64,000 bases of DNA from Carcharhinus longimanus (lineage: Eukaryota): assembly GCA_030264375.1 (NCBI GenBank), contig JASCQW010000043.1, forward strand, positions 88,799,127-88,863,126, in the 5' to 3' direction. The notes beneath the pieces are model-generated. The model saw nothing but the letters and a program-made list of their open reading frames with translations. It searched no databases and was not told the origin of the DNA. Each line of letters begins with the position of its first letter. Position 1 is the stretch's first letter. Below are positions 50,385 to 61,786 of the stretch, piece after piece. Made by a program: the position numbers and the translations under genes.

Positions 50385-50720
50385 GATGGTTAACTCTGCT
50401 GCCTCACAATGCCAGGGACCCGAGTTCAATTCTGGTGGCAATCCTGGGTGACTGTCAATGTAGAATTTATACATTCTCCCCATGTCTGCGTAGGTTTCCT
50501 TCAGGTGCTCCAGTTTCCTCCCACAGTTCAAAGATATTAGGTGGATTGACCATTCTAAATTGTCCCTTAGTATCCAAAGATGTGTAGGTTAGAGAGATTA
50601 GCATGATAAATGCAAGTGTTTACAGGGATAGAGCAGGGGATGGGCCTGGATAAAATGCAGAGTCAGTGCAGATTTGATGGGCCAAATGGCCTCCTTCTGT
50701 ACTGTAGGGATTGTATGATT
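50385..50720 (+). mobile_element. HE1 SINE
   Basis: Consensus body and tail. Confidence 0.8.
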
Positions 50721-50914
50721 GTGTCTGTACAAATATTACAATATTTACCTCCTTTAAAACTAAGTATTAACATTTAGCCAGTTTTATTGGTGAGCTGCAT
50801 TTCTCCATCAAATAGTTAGGCGTACTGTGGTTGTAATCCTGCCAAGTGAGATTGCACTCATCTGGTTTCATTCTTACCTATCTAAATAAAGCAATGGAAC
50901 TCACCTGCAATGGC

Positions 50915-52400
50915 TTCCCTTCCAGCTCCCACATTGTTATTTCTGGTATTCCCCAGAGATCTATCTTTGGTCCCTCCTATTTTTCACTTATATGCATCCC
51001 CAACAATGACCTCATCTAAAAGCACAGACTATTTTCCACTTGCATGCAGATGACATCTAATTGTCCCTAACCTCGACCTCTCTTGACCCCCTCCACTGTT
51101 ACTGAACTTTCAAAATGCCTATCAGATATCCAATATTGGATGAGGAAAAATTTCCTTCAAATAAATATTGGGAAGACTGAAGCTGTTGTCTTCAATGCTC
51201 CATTCCCTAATCACTGACTCTATCCACCTCCTTGACAACTGCCTGCAGCTGAACTAGATTGCTCACAATATTGATGTCATACTTGACCGTGAAACCAATC
51301 TCATTTGCTCTCCATCATTAGGACTTCCTATTTGTACCTTTGTAATGTTGCCTGACTTCATTCACGTGTCAGGTCTTCTGTTGAAATCCTCTTTTTACCT
51401 CTAATTTGACTATTACTATGCTTTTTGAATTGACCTCCCAATTTTTACCCTCTGTAAATTTGAGATCACACAAAATTCTGCTGTTCATGTTCCAACTCAC
51501 CCATGCCACACTCATTCATTACCACACTCGTTGTTGCTTATTTTGGCTCCCAATTAAGAAAGTCTTCAATTTCTATAATTTCAAATCCTTCCATGGCTTC
51601 ATCATCCCCCATCTCTGTAAATCTCTTCCATTCCCATCATCCTCCATGATAATTCCACTTATCTATTTCTGGCCTCATGAAAAGTCCAGGATTTAAATTG
51701 GTCTAAGATTTGTGGACATACTTCTAGCTGCCTCCTCGGCCCAAAGCTCTCACTAAAATTACTATTTCTCTATCTCTCTTTCTTCATTCAGAATCTACTG
51801 AAATCAGTAAGAATCCACTGATGAGCATTGTCGATTGTCGGAAAACCCCATTTGGTTCACTAATGTCCTTTAGGGAAGGAAATCTGCCATCCTTACCCAG
51901 TCTGGCCTACATGTGACTCCAGGGCCACAGCAANNNNNNNNNNNNNNNNNNNNNNNNNNNNNNNNNNNNNNNNNNNNNNNNNNNNNNNNNNNNNNNNNNN
52001 NNNNNNNNNNNNNNNNNNNNNNNNNNNNNNNNNGGGCCACAGCAATGTGGTTGACTCTCAATTGCCCTCGGGCAAGTGATGGGCAATAAATGTGATGTGG
52101 AGATGTCGGCGTTGTACTGGGGTAAACACAGTAAGAAGTCTAAATTTATTTGCTATCAAATAACCTGTTGGACTTTAACCTGGTGTTGTGAGACTTCTTA
52201 TAATAAACGTTGGCCAGCCAGTGACAGCCATGTCCCATGAATGAATAAAAATAAATTCAGATGCAAGCCAGTTTGACAAAGCTTTTTGGTCATCTGGCCT
52301 AATATTTGTGTCAAATGTTGTTTTATAATGTTCCAGTGAAGTGCCTTAGGATATTTTATTATATTGAAGGTACCAGATAAATTTAAAGTGGGTATTGTTG
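50915..52400 (+). mobile_element. Old L2-clade LINE, with a nested SINE at ~51800-52255
   Basis: SGIPQRSIFGP and HLHADD RT remnants; L2-type tail at ~52335-52400. Confidence 0.6.
52093..52200. mobile_element. Family A fold-back element, internally deleted
   Basis: Same head and tail sequences as the other family A copies. Confidence 0.6.
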
Positions 52401-52984
52401 TTGCTAAATTTGTACTTTGTTAAGTCTGATAAACTTATCTGCTGACAGATGCTGGCTAATCAGTGCCAGCCAGTCATTTTCCCACATCCTTAGCAGTAAC
52501 AAAAACGTTTCAGTTACCAATATTCTCAACCAAGCCAACTGTGAAGCTGTACTAGCTGTCAGAATGTGTATCCAATAGTTTACTGTCTGAGGGCGCACCA
52601 TCTTTCTTGGTGACATGCATGAGAAACAAAGTAGCTTTTTTGACCCAGAAGATGAAATTCAGGACCGGGCACTAAAGGAAGAATTTTTGAGAATTTCAAT
52701 ATTCAAATCAAAAATTGAAAGGGCATGAATACTTTGATCTGTTGAGACTTAAGGCAATGTTTTCCTCTATGGGTACAATTAAATTGAAATTGCAGAAGTG
52801 AGCTGCCATTGTTTTATAATTATAGTTCTGTAAATGAAGGTTATCTTAAACTTACCCTCAAAAAAACCAATTTAATTCTAAGGCAGATTTATTGGTTCTC
52901 ACTCCACTGCACGGAATTTTCACAGTAACTTCATTGCAGCGTTAATGTCAGCCCACTTGTGACACTAACAATTTAAAAAAAAAG

Positions 52985-53422
52985 ACGTGAATACAGATAT
53001 TTCAGTGCAGTGTGGGGAGCGTGCTGTACTGTCAGCACTGCTGTCACAGGTGGGATGCTAAAGCCCTGCAGTTGTCGGCTGGATGTAAAAGATCCAAAGG
53101 TACCTTCTGAGTAAAAAGCTCCCCTTGACCGACGTTTATACTTTAACCGACACCACCAAAAACGTATTATCTGGTCGCTAACCTAACTTACCTGTGGGAC
53201 CCTACAGTGTTCAAATATGTTGCCGTGTTTGTCTATACTACAGTATTTGCAGTGATAAAGGCAAAGTATTGCCGATGCTTGCATCTGAAACTAAAAGAGA
53301 AAATGCTGGAACATCTCAGCAGATCTGACAGCGTCTGCAGAGATTTTCCAGCATCTTCAGTATTTGCAGTGCGCTTGTTCTTATTCATTTTTCAAGAACT
53401 ATATAAATGTAAATTATTTCTT
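52985..53422 (+). mobile_element. SacSINE1-like DeuSINE
   Basis: GGATGTAAAAGATCC..TATTATCTGGTC..TATATAAATGTAA tail. Confidence 0.5.
53255..53357. mobile_element. Family B fragment inserted in a Deu-SINE
   Basis: AAAATGCTGGAACATCTCAGCAG arm, flanked by the 14-bp direct repeat CAGTATTTGCAGTG. Confidence 0.55.
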
Positions 53423-53917
53423 CCGCTAAACATATACCCATCGTAAGTGGTTCATAAAAAGTGGCTGATCTGAGTAGGCGTTTCTTCCAATTGTATTCTA
53501 TGCAAACAGCTGCAGCAAATTTACTACAACATTAAACATTTAGTATTCGCTGCATAACAATACTTGATGAAAGGTTACAAAATGTTTTTAGATGATGATC
53601 AAGATGTAAAGAATTTTAGATACTAAATAATATCCTCACCAATATGCGTGTTACATTTTCGTAACCGTGTATATCATGGGGATAACATAAGCCATGCTGA
53701 ATCATAATTGATCAGTGGTTTTAACATATTGAACGCTGAAGTCAGTTTCACGACCACGTTCCTGTTTCAAGTTTCGTTGTAAATGAAGTAAATTACTCAT
53801 TCAACTCATATTGGAAATATGAGATATAAACTGCCGTCGAAATCACCAAAGTGCTTTACAACACCGATAGGGTAGGCACTCTAGTGCTAATCTGAACAAA
53901 AAAAATGAACATAACAG

Positions 53918-54152
53918 ATAACAGCAAAATATTGAGATGCCGGAATCTAAAACGAAAACAAAAAAATGCTGAAAAATCTCAGCAGGTCTGACAATATCTG
54001 CGGAGAGAGAACTGAGCTCACGCTTCGAGTCTGTATGACTCTGGCTCACAGCTCTGAGGAAGGGTCATTCAGACTCGAAACGTTAGCCCTGTTCTCTCTC
54101 GACATGTCCTTATCAGATCTGCTGAGATTATCCCGCTTATTCTGTTTTTGTG
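53918..54152. mobile_element. Penelope-derived fold-back element family B
   Basis: AAAATGCTG.AAAATCTCAGCAGGTCTG left arm with an inverted right arm; contains an intact hammerhead core. Confidence 0.7.
54051..54087 (+). ncRNA. Minimal type I hammerhead ribozyme motif (dimer type)
   Basis: GCT-CTGAGGA-A-GGGTC-attca-GACTC-GAA-ACGT-T-AGC. Core is complete, with stem II, a palindromic stem III and stem I GCT/AGC. Confidence 0.65.
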
Positions 54153-55549
54153 TGTGATGAAAATGATGTGTATATAATTAGAGGTTAGTAAATACATTTG
54201 TAATGATTTGATTTCGGTATTTATCACAGATTCGGCACAGAAGATTCCACTCAGCCTATATTGCCAGTGCTAGTTATTTCAAAGAGGTGCCTAATTTATA
54301 TCCTAATATCCTTCCTGCAAATGTTTCCTTTAAAAGTATTTTTCCGATTTATTTGTGACAGTTACTATTAAATCTGCTTCCGCCGCATAGCAGATCACAA
54401 CAATCCCTGTAATAAACCAACCCCTTGGTTTATCGTTTAGCTCCTTTCCCCTTGATTTTCCAACTCCTTTCCCCTTGGTTCTTTCGAGTTGAATTGAATT
54501 AAACAATTTGGAAAAGAAATATTGATCCCACGGTCCCCACATAAGGCGACGAAAGAAATCCTTAGTTTCCCAATGTTGTTAAGCTTAGCCGAGGAAATGC
54601 ACCACGTCTCCGGCATTTTAATTGATAAGGTTATATACAATTCGATGGTGTAGTGTGTGTAGAGTTCAAGATTATAATATCAGATGTAGACCCTGCGATG
54701 CCTCATGTCAGGGATTCAGCCTAACTACTTCATAATGCAACACTGTCGAATGTAAATGTGCTCGCTATATTTTCGAAATAAATATTTAAGAACAGGATAT
54801 GCATAAAACCAAGGCAGAACATTTCAAATTTGACTTAAATTAATGAATGTAAGATATTGTAATTCTGTACTAAAAGCATTAATTACTGAGTTTATTTTTA
54901 TGTCTATTTTGTGTTTCTGACAATTCCTTCCAATTCACTGCAATAGTTTATTGCACCCCAGATGCATTTATTTGGGTAAGCATGTTTCTTCCCAGTATTT
55001 AAACAATCTCATCTTATGTACTATTTCTTAAATCAGCTCGAAGCACCAGATGGTCATGTATTTCACTTAAGCGAGTTTGGGGTTTAAAGAAACTCACAGC
55101 AAGGTCTCAGACAAGGAAAAGAGAGCCCACCCACAAACAACGCTCAAAGCAGGTTGGTTGTAGAAGTCGGACGGTGTCGCAGAAAGAGAAAGCAAAGAGG
55201 GAAAGGACTACAGATTCACAATATTCACTTCTTTCACACCTGGACAGACACGCTTCCCAATCGTTAATTTACATTAAAGTATAAAACATCAAATATTACG
55301 TTTCATTACTTAAAATGTTTATATTATACGCGTGTCCGTTTGGGAGGGGTCTTTTGATTCAATGAACTCTAAATCATTTAGTTATTAACTGCAACCACTC
55401 AACTTACACGCCCTAGGCGTCCCATTGTAATCGCTCTAAAATAATTGAGTGGATAGTAATATGCAGCAGCCAAAACCTTGAAATTAGAAACTACTTTACC
55501 GAAAATTCTTGGTTCTTTGACTTCAGGCTGCTCAGATACAGGTGATACG

Positions 55550-56000
55550 CATGTACGAATTCGGAGCAGGAGTGGGACATGCGGCCCCTCTAGCCTGCTC
55601 CACGATTCAATAAAATCATGGCTGATCTGAATTTAACCTCAGCCCACATTCCCTCCTATCCCTCATTACCCTTCACTCCCTTGCTTATCAAGTACCTATC
55701 CAGCCCTGCCTTAAAATATTCAAAGACTCTGCTTCCATTGCCTTTTGAAGGAGAGGGTTCTAAAGACTGGCCACCCTCTGAGAGAAAACAAACCTCTAGC
55801 CTCTGTCTTCAACTGGGGACCCCTTAATTCGAAACAGTGACCCTTAGTTCTAGAGTCTCCCAGTAGAGGAAATATTCTTTCCACATCCATCGTACTAAGA
55901 CTGCTCAAGAACTTACATGTTTCATTCAAGTCGCCTCTTACTGGGCTAACACCAGTGACTACAAGCCTAGCTTGTCTAACATAAGACAACCCGACCACTC
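55550..56000 (-). mobile_element. CR1 3' end
   Basis: RGDLNETCKFLSSLSTMDVERIFPLLGDSRTKGH on the minus strand. Confidence 0.8.
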
Positions 56001-59000
56001 CAATGTTTTACTATGCTTTGCAAATCCCCACAAGCATTAACAAATTAAAAACAAAGATGGGCAAAATCATACTGAAAGCCCAAAAGCTATGTGTATGTGG
56101 GTGAGAAAAAACGCGAATTGTTCGCCTAGACTGTTTAGATGGTATTCTTTCTATTTCTGCACAGACCTGTCAAATGGCACTATTTTGTTCTCATAATCTC
56201 ACCGTGAATATCCCAGAATTAACTTTAACTTTAAATAATTCCATTCTGTATCTGCTTGTGCAAACTTGTACTAGAACAGTAGTGTTAATGCGACAAATGT
56301 GATTCCAATTCCCAGCCAATGTTCTTGGGGCTTTGTCGACTGTGTGGGTTATTCAAAGTCGTTTCAACAATCTTACTAGAGATCAACTCAATCAAATGGA
56401 TAAAGAAAGTCTTAGAACGGCCTGAATTCGGGTAACGTGTGGAATTGAATTGAAATAGGATCTGTGCAGATCTCGTAAAGGGAGGTAAATGTTAAAACAA
56501 CCAAGGGAATAGAACTACTGGCATTCGCGAAATGCAACTTTATGGTTAGGCCATGTTTTCATTCTGTCTGTTTATTATTATCATTGACATTACTGAGAAA
56601 ACAAAATCTGAATCACAAATCTCATAAAACAAATTAATTTTTATGGTGCAGTGTCTATAAAGGCATATTGTATTTATTGATTTATGCTTAACTGTCACAT
56701 ACTAATACATGACGAATGGCTGGTGTCATTCTAGAAGCATAAAGTGTACCTGCATTTCCTCTCAGTTTGAATATGTTTCTTTCCAGCTCTCCAACAACTT
56801 ACTAAATGGGACGGGGTAGAAATCCATAAAACAAACCCCTCTGAAATACAGAGGGAATCTGAACATGAGTAATATTTATTAAAGTGCTCGGCTGGATATT
56901 TGTGCGAAGTCAAACTCAGGGCAAAGCAACAGGGCCGAACAGCCGCCTCCTTGGCAAAATGTCTCATCTAAGAGAGCTTCTTAACTTTCAACTAATTTCT
57001 ATTTATTTCTATTATGCAAATCACACATGATGACCTTCAATGAAGAAAAGCTTTTCAGATCATCTTGTCTATCCACATTAGGCAAGTGTTGATTTATTTT
57101 GTTTCCTCAAACGACAACTTTTAAAATGTCTTCTTCAAGCCTATCATTTCCTCCATGCTGGTGCAAAGTTATTTCACAGCGTTTGGCCTGTGACAGCTGA
57201 GAACTTGTCTGCACTATTCTTTAAAGTTTTCTCCCAACTGATGCAGTCACGTTGCCAATTATTAATCAGCCCTTCTACAGCCTTCAAAAACTAAGAGAAA
57301 AAAAAGCTCGTTTTTATTCATACAACTGCTTCCTCTTTGCAGAATGTATCTTCATATCAATGTAAATTAAAAGTATCTATGTCTGTGCTTAAAGTATGTA
57401 GAGGGAAGTTGCGAAAGAAAAAACGAATTTGCTTGGAATAATACGTTCCACATTTGCCACAAATATGGCTGGTTAAGGAGCTCAGCTTCAAATTATTACA
57501 TTTGGCAGATTGCACTGTTCAGTTGTCAATGAACACATTACAGTGAAAATTGAGATGAAGCAATATAGGTTCTCGTCCTTAATACTACATCATTTAAAAT
57601 ACTGCCAGAAAGGGGAGCCATTTTGAAAGGAAAAAGAACATGATTTGGGTGCTGGGAGAATGCAAACAGTATAAAGGGAATAGTGTCGGGCAAGTAAAAT
57701 ACCAAACAGCATTGCTCACCGCATTGGATATCTATTCTCTTTGAACATTAAAGGGCAGATATAATTTTCATCTTCCAGTCAGGTCCCCGAAGTAATTAAT
57801 ATTAGGAAAAAAATCATCTTCATTGAATAAAAATGTATCAGTTCAGTAGAAAATCTGATATTGTGTTGAGGGCGGGGGGCGGGGGCTCACTTTGGATTGT
57901 GGAGTGGTGGTGAATGGTGATCGTTATTTGAAAGGAAACAACACCTTTATTTATATACAACTACGGGGCGAAACTATAACTGATTTAAGGGGTGTTCAGC
58001 CCTGTAGACAGCAAGGAAAGCAATGAATAAAAGTGAAACCCCCCACAGAGGGTGGGTTTGGAAACCCGGAATAAAGAAATGAGCAGAATATCCGCATATA
58101 CAAGTCCGTGGAACGAGTACCTCATCAGAGGAATACATTCTTAGTGGCAACCAAGCTGAGAAGGTACAATTTTCACTCATATTACGACTGTGGACCAATA
58201 ATGTCAATGATTCATTGTTTCGGTATCAATTCACCGTTATTCTGAACCGGGGATATATTAATGTTTTTATTTCAACCAACGCTTTTTAAAAACAGAAACA
58301 AAATACACTGCACGTGGTGGTTGCCGATTATCGCGAGTTTTACAAAATGAATTAATTAATATTCTTCCCGTAATAAAACAGACCAACACAGACAGTGCGA
58401 TAAATATATGATCTCAGTGAACTTACAGTAATGGGTATTGATATTTTTGTTGAAATCTGTCAGGAAAGTTTGCATCGGCAGCGGTTGCATGTCAGTATTT
58501 GTTTTGATTGTTGCACCAAAATGATTGCATCATGTTTGCATCATCCAATATTTTGAAAGGGCGCAATTAAAATTTATAGTTGTGCACAGAGACTTGGTAA
58601 AATCTGCACAATATTGCTATTAAAACGAAATAATGTGCGTTCTCCTTCTTCTCATCTACTAGATGAGTTCCAAGTGATAAACCGACTGGCACCCTTTTCC
58701 ATATTGGCACTTCCAGTGAAGGTTTATGTTTTTCAATGCGGCAGAATTTAGTATGATGGGTCTAAACTTCTTTAAAATTTATTTGCATTATAATTATCTT
58801 TCCGGTTCCCTGTGTTTTCCGGTTATTGAGAAAAAAAGTGATACTGACATTTATTGAGCGCTTTACGGTACCTCTAGACGTCAAAACGTGCTTCACAGCC
58901 ACTGAAGAGTATAGTCACTGCTGAACTGGATGAAACTTACTTAAGAGAGTAACAATGGAAGCAAGTGTGAACAGTTCAGAAGCTGAACTACATGACACTA

Positions 59001-59239
59001 CTTCTTTAGGGAGGGGGACGGGCTCAGAACTTCCAAATGAATGCAGGGTCATCACTCCAGAGTGCGAAACTTGCAGGAAAAAAAACTATTGACAACCCCA
59101 ACCTGACCTCGCCACTGTCTCTAATTATAAACACTGTATCATTTGAAAGCAAGAAATCAAGTTAAATTATCCGCATGCATGCAGTTAAATCAGCAAACAT
59201 TCTCGTGCAAAAATTAAAATAACAAATAAAACAGACACA

Positions 59240-59830
59240 TGCCCTTTCGGTGGCTGCAGTAGCGGATTCCTCTCCTGCCCCCTCTCGCACTCCCCCTCCC
59301 GGCTGCCGTTCCCCTGCAGAGAGGGTGCAGACAGAAGAATAGTCTGGGATTGTCTATCTGTGAATCCTGGGTGGGGGGAGGGGGGGCAGCTCTTCTGTGT
59401 GCTGAATTTACCATTCCACAGCGCTGACACTGTCCTCCCGCCCTCCCCGGCACCCACATGCCCTTGCCCGGTTCTGTGGGAGCGTGCTACGCAGGCGCGC
59501 GGCCACAGTTTCTGCGCAGGCGCGCAGGACTGGGCGGGCCTTCGCTGACGCCGACGTCCGCAGCACAATGACGTCAGGCCTCACCAGCCAAACGCACAGG
59601 CGCAGCAAGGACATGTCTGAACATATCGTAGCGGAACGTCTTGTCAGTCAGCGCCCCTAGCCGGGGCCCCCCACTGTCTTCAATGTGCAGAGAGACCCAG
59701 CCAGCCAGCTACCCGCCACTCATCCAACCCCACTCTAAACCCAGAGGATGGTCTACTGACGTCACTCCACTTCAACTATTCAAATACTCTCAACCCAAAG
59801 GAACCTGTCCACTGAGGGCGATAACAGGTT
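59240..59830 (+). promoter_or_regulatory. CpG-island promoter of the INK4 gene
   Basis: GC/CpG-dense. Contains NRF1-type TGCGCAGGCGCG (59513-59524), a GC box GGGCGGG (~59532) and two full CREs TGACGTCA (59569-59576, 59757-59764), directly upstream of the ATG. Confidence 0.75.
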
Positions 59831-59920
59831 GGAGGCTTGAGAGGAGTAACCAGTTGCAATTCATTCTTGTTGCTGTTATTCTCTAAACAGTGCAGAAGGA
59901 AAACAAATTAAGCAAACTCC

Positions 59921-60043
59921 ATGGCAAATAACGACGAACTTGCAAATGCAGCAGCCCAAGGGAACATTGGCAAGGTAACTCAGTTGTTAAGGAATGGAGC
60001 AGACCCCAATGGTGTCAATAGTTTTGGCAGGACTCCTATACAG
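59921..60043 (+). CDS. CDKN2B: INK4-family cyclin-dependent kinase inhibitor (CDKN2A/B-like), coding exon 1
   Basis: Translates to [41 protein letters not shown], the INK4 ankyrin repeat 1 signature. Ends at CAG|GTACAT, the conserved phase-0 INK4 intron after Q. CDKN2B versus CDKN2A/B naming is uncertain. Confidence 0.92.
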
Positions 60044-61065
60044 GTACATCTTTTCAATTTAATGTGCGTAATATTGCGTTTCCCTGATTGCATTAAGACA
60101 TGTCTATATGATTTACGCAACTTGATTATTAATCTTTGCATGGCTAAACAATTGCCAATCCTCTTGAGCGTTTATTTGTGTCAGCACTTTCCTCAATCTC
60201 ATTTTGGGTTTTTTTGGAGGTGGGAATATAATTTTGCGGCAAGAGAATATTCCAATTTTAAAACAGCTGGCTGTTTTAAATACCGGAAATCATTTAAACA
60301 GATCCACACTTTAATCGACGGATATAAAATGTTTAAAAAATCGGTACAAAGAAAATACTTACTGTAAAATTATTCAGTTATTTGTAATAGATTACAAAAG
60401 AAACGTTACTCTGGCGCCATTTTAACGCCTACATTACAAGGAAACTTTAAATATCGGTCGATTTAGGTGGAGTATGTTTTTAATGAAGTATGTATTCATT
60501 TTATTAACCCCAATAGCGGATAAAACTAACGAAATTGATATTTATCCAAAATGCACTCAAAAAGACTGCTGCTGATCTGAAACTAAACAAGGAAATACGA
60601 AACATTCAGAAGGTCGCAGTTAAGTTAACGATTCTGATGCAAACCAAAGAGAAAAAAATTAATCTTCCAGCCTTGACCAAGGATCCGTACTGATTTAATC
60701 TGATGTGGCATAATTCGTAATGAATTGCTTTAGCAGTAGCCTCTGGATATTGAACAATTAATCATTGAGATTGTACATTTTAAGACTGACTGGGAGAAGA
60801 CTTGAACCCAAACTAAGCGACACAAAAACGCGCCTTAAAAATATACAGCANNNNNNNNNNAGGTATTAGAAAATTGAATGCGCAGCCAGAAAGAGAGGTT
60901 AGGAAATGTAACAAAGGTTTGGGCGTGGTAAAATGTTTTTCTGCATTTTAAAAATCATAAACTACAATTTTAATTCTTATTGTATATAGGTTAACTAAAT
61001 AAATGTCTAAAAGTGTGACTTTTTTTACTGTTATCTATCAACGTCTAAAGTATTTGCTATACTTG

Positions 61066-61141
61066 TGATGTGGAGATGCTGGCTTCGACTGAGATGGGCA
61101 CAGTAGGAAGTGTCACGTGGTGTTGTGAGACTTCTTACTGT
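61066..61141. mobile_element. Family A mini-copy in the INK4 intron
   Basis: GATGTGGAGATG..CACAGTAGGAAG..TGGTGTTGTGAGACTTCTTACTG. Confidence 0.6.
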
Positions 61142-61786
61142 TACATTTGTAGTAGTTTTATTTGCAGTCTTCAGATTTAAAAGCATCTAATTGTATTTTC
61201 TAATATTTTATTTTGTAATGTGTTGTCTAACCCCGGATTTTCTTTTTCATTCGGAAGTTATGATTTGTTGGCGATTTCCCCCCCTTTCAATTTGACGTAT
61301 GTCTATCCCATTTAAACTGGGATAGACATTATCGAAATTATTATAAGTTTTAACTTCCGTTGCGCTGTTAGCTATCTGAGGCAAGACTTTGCTGTAAATG
61401 TTACGGGTTTTTAAAGTACCGTTGTTTGTTTTTTTTTATTAGGAATGGAACCATTTTGTAACAATAAATTTCAGAAGTAACAAATTCGGGAAGTTGCGCA
61501 TTCAATTATTCGAACATTTAGAGCAATAAATGGAATAGAATGAAGAAAACAAGAAATTTGCTAACAGATTTAAGTACACGCCTGCATTTAGCCACCTAGT
61601 CCATTGAGATAATTGGCGAATATTAAAAAGTTGTTTGAAAAAAGCCATTGGGGTGTAAGGAAGGGGACGAATACAAATTTAGATGTGGTAAATTCAGCTT
61701 CATGAGCACTGGGTCTTAATTATTTAGTCGCAATTTAAAGGTAAATATCCTTCTCTCTTTTAATCTCTCTTTCTCTCCTATTTCAG

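Noticed and set aside
5332-50720. tRNA-like A/B boxes
   Set aside because: They are SINE heads, not cloverleaf tRNA genes.
5337-52045. Apparent tandem duplications across ~100-N gaps (5.4, 19.5, 21.2, 25.6, 41.9, 52.0 kb)
   Set aside because: Identical sequence on both gap flanks indicates unmerged contig overlaps, i.e. assembly artefacts.
59185-59886. Several ORFs on both strands over the promoter
   Set aside because: Expected in GC-rich DNA, with no recognisable protein motif.
60044-60367. 148-aa ORF continuing past INK4 exon 1
   Set aside because: Read-through into the intron; INK4 similarity ends exactly at the conserved donor.
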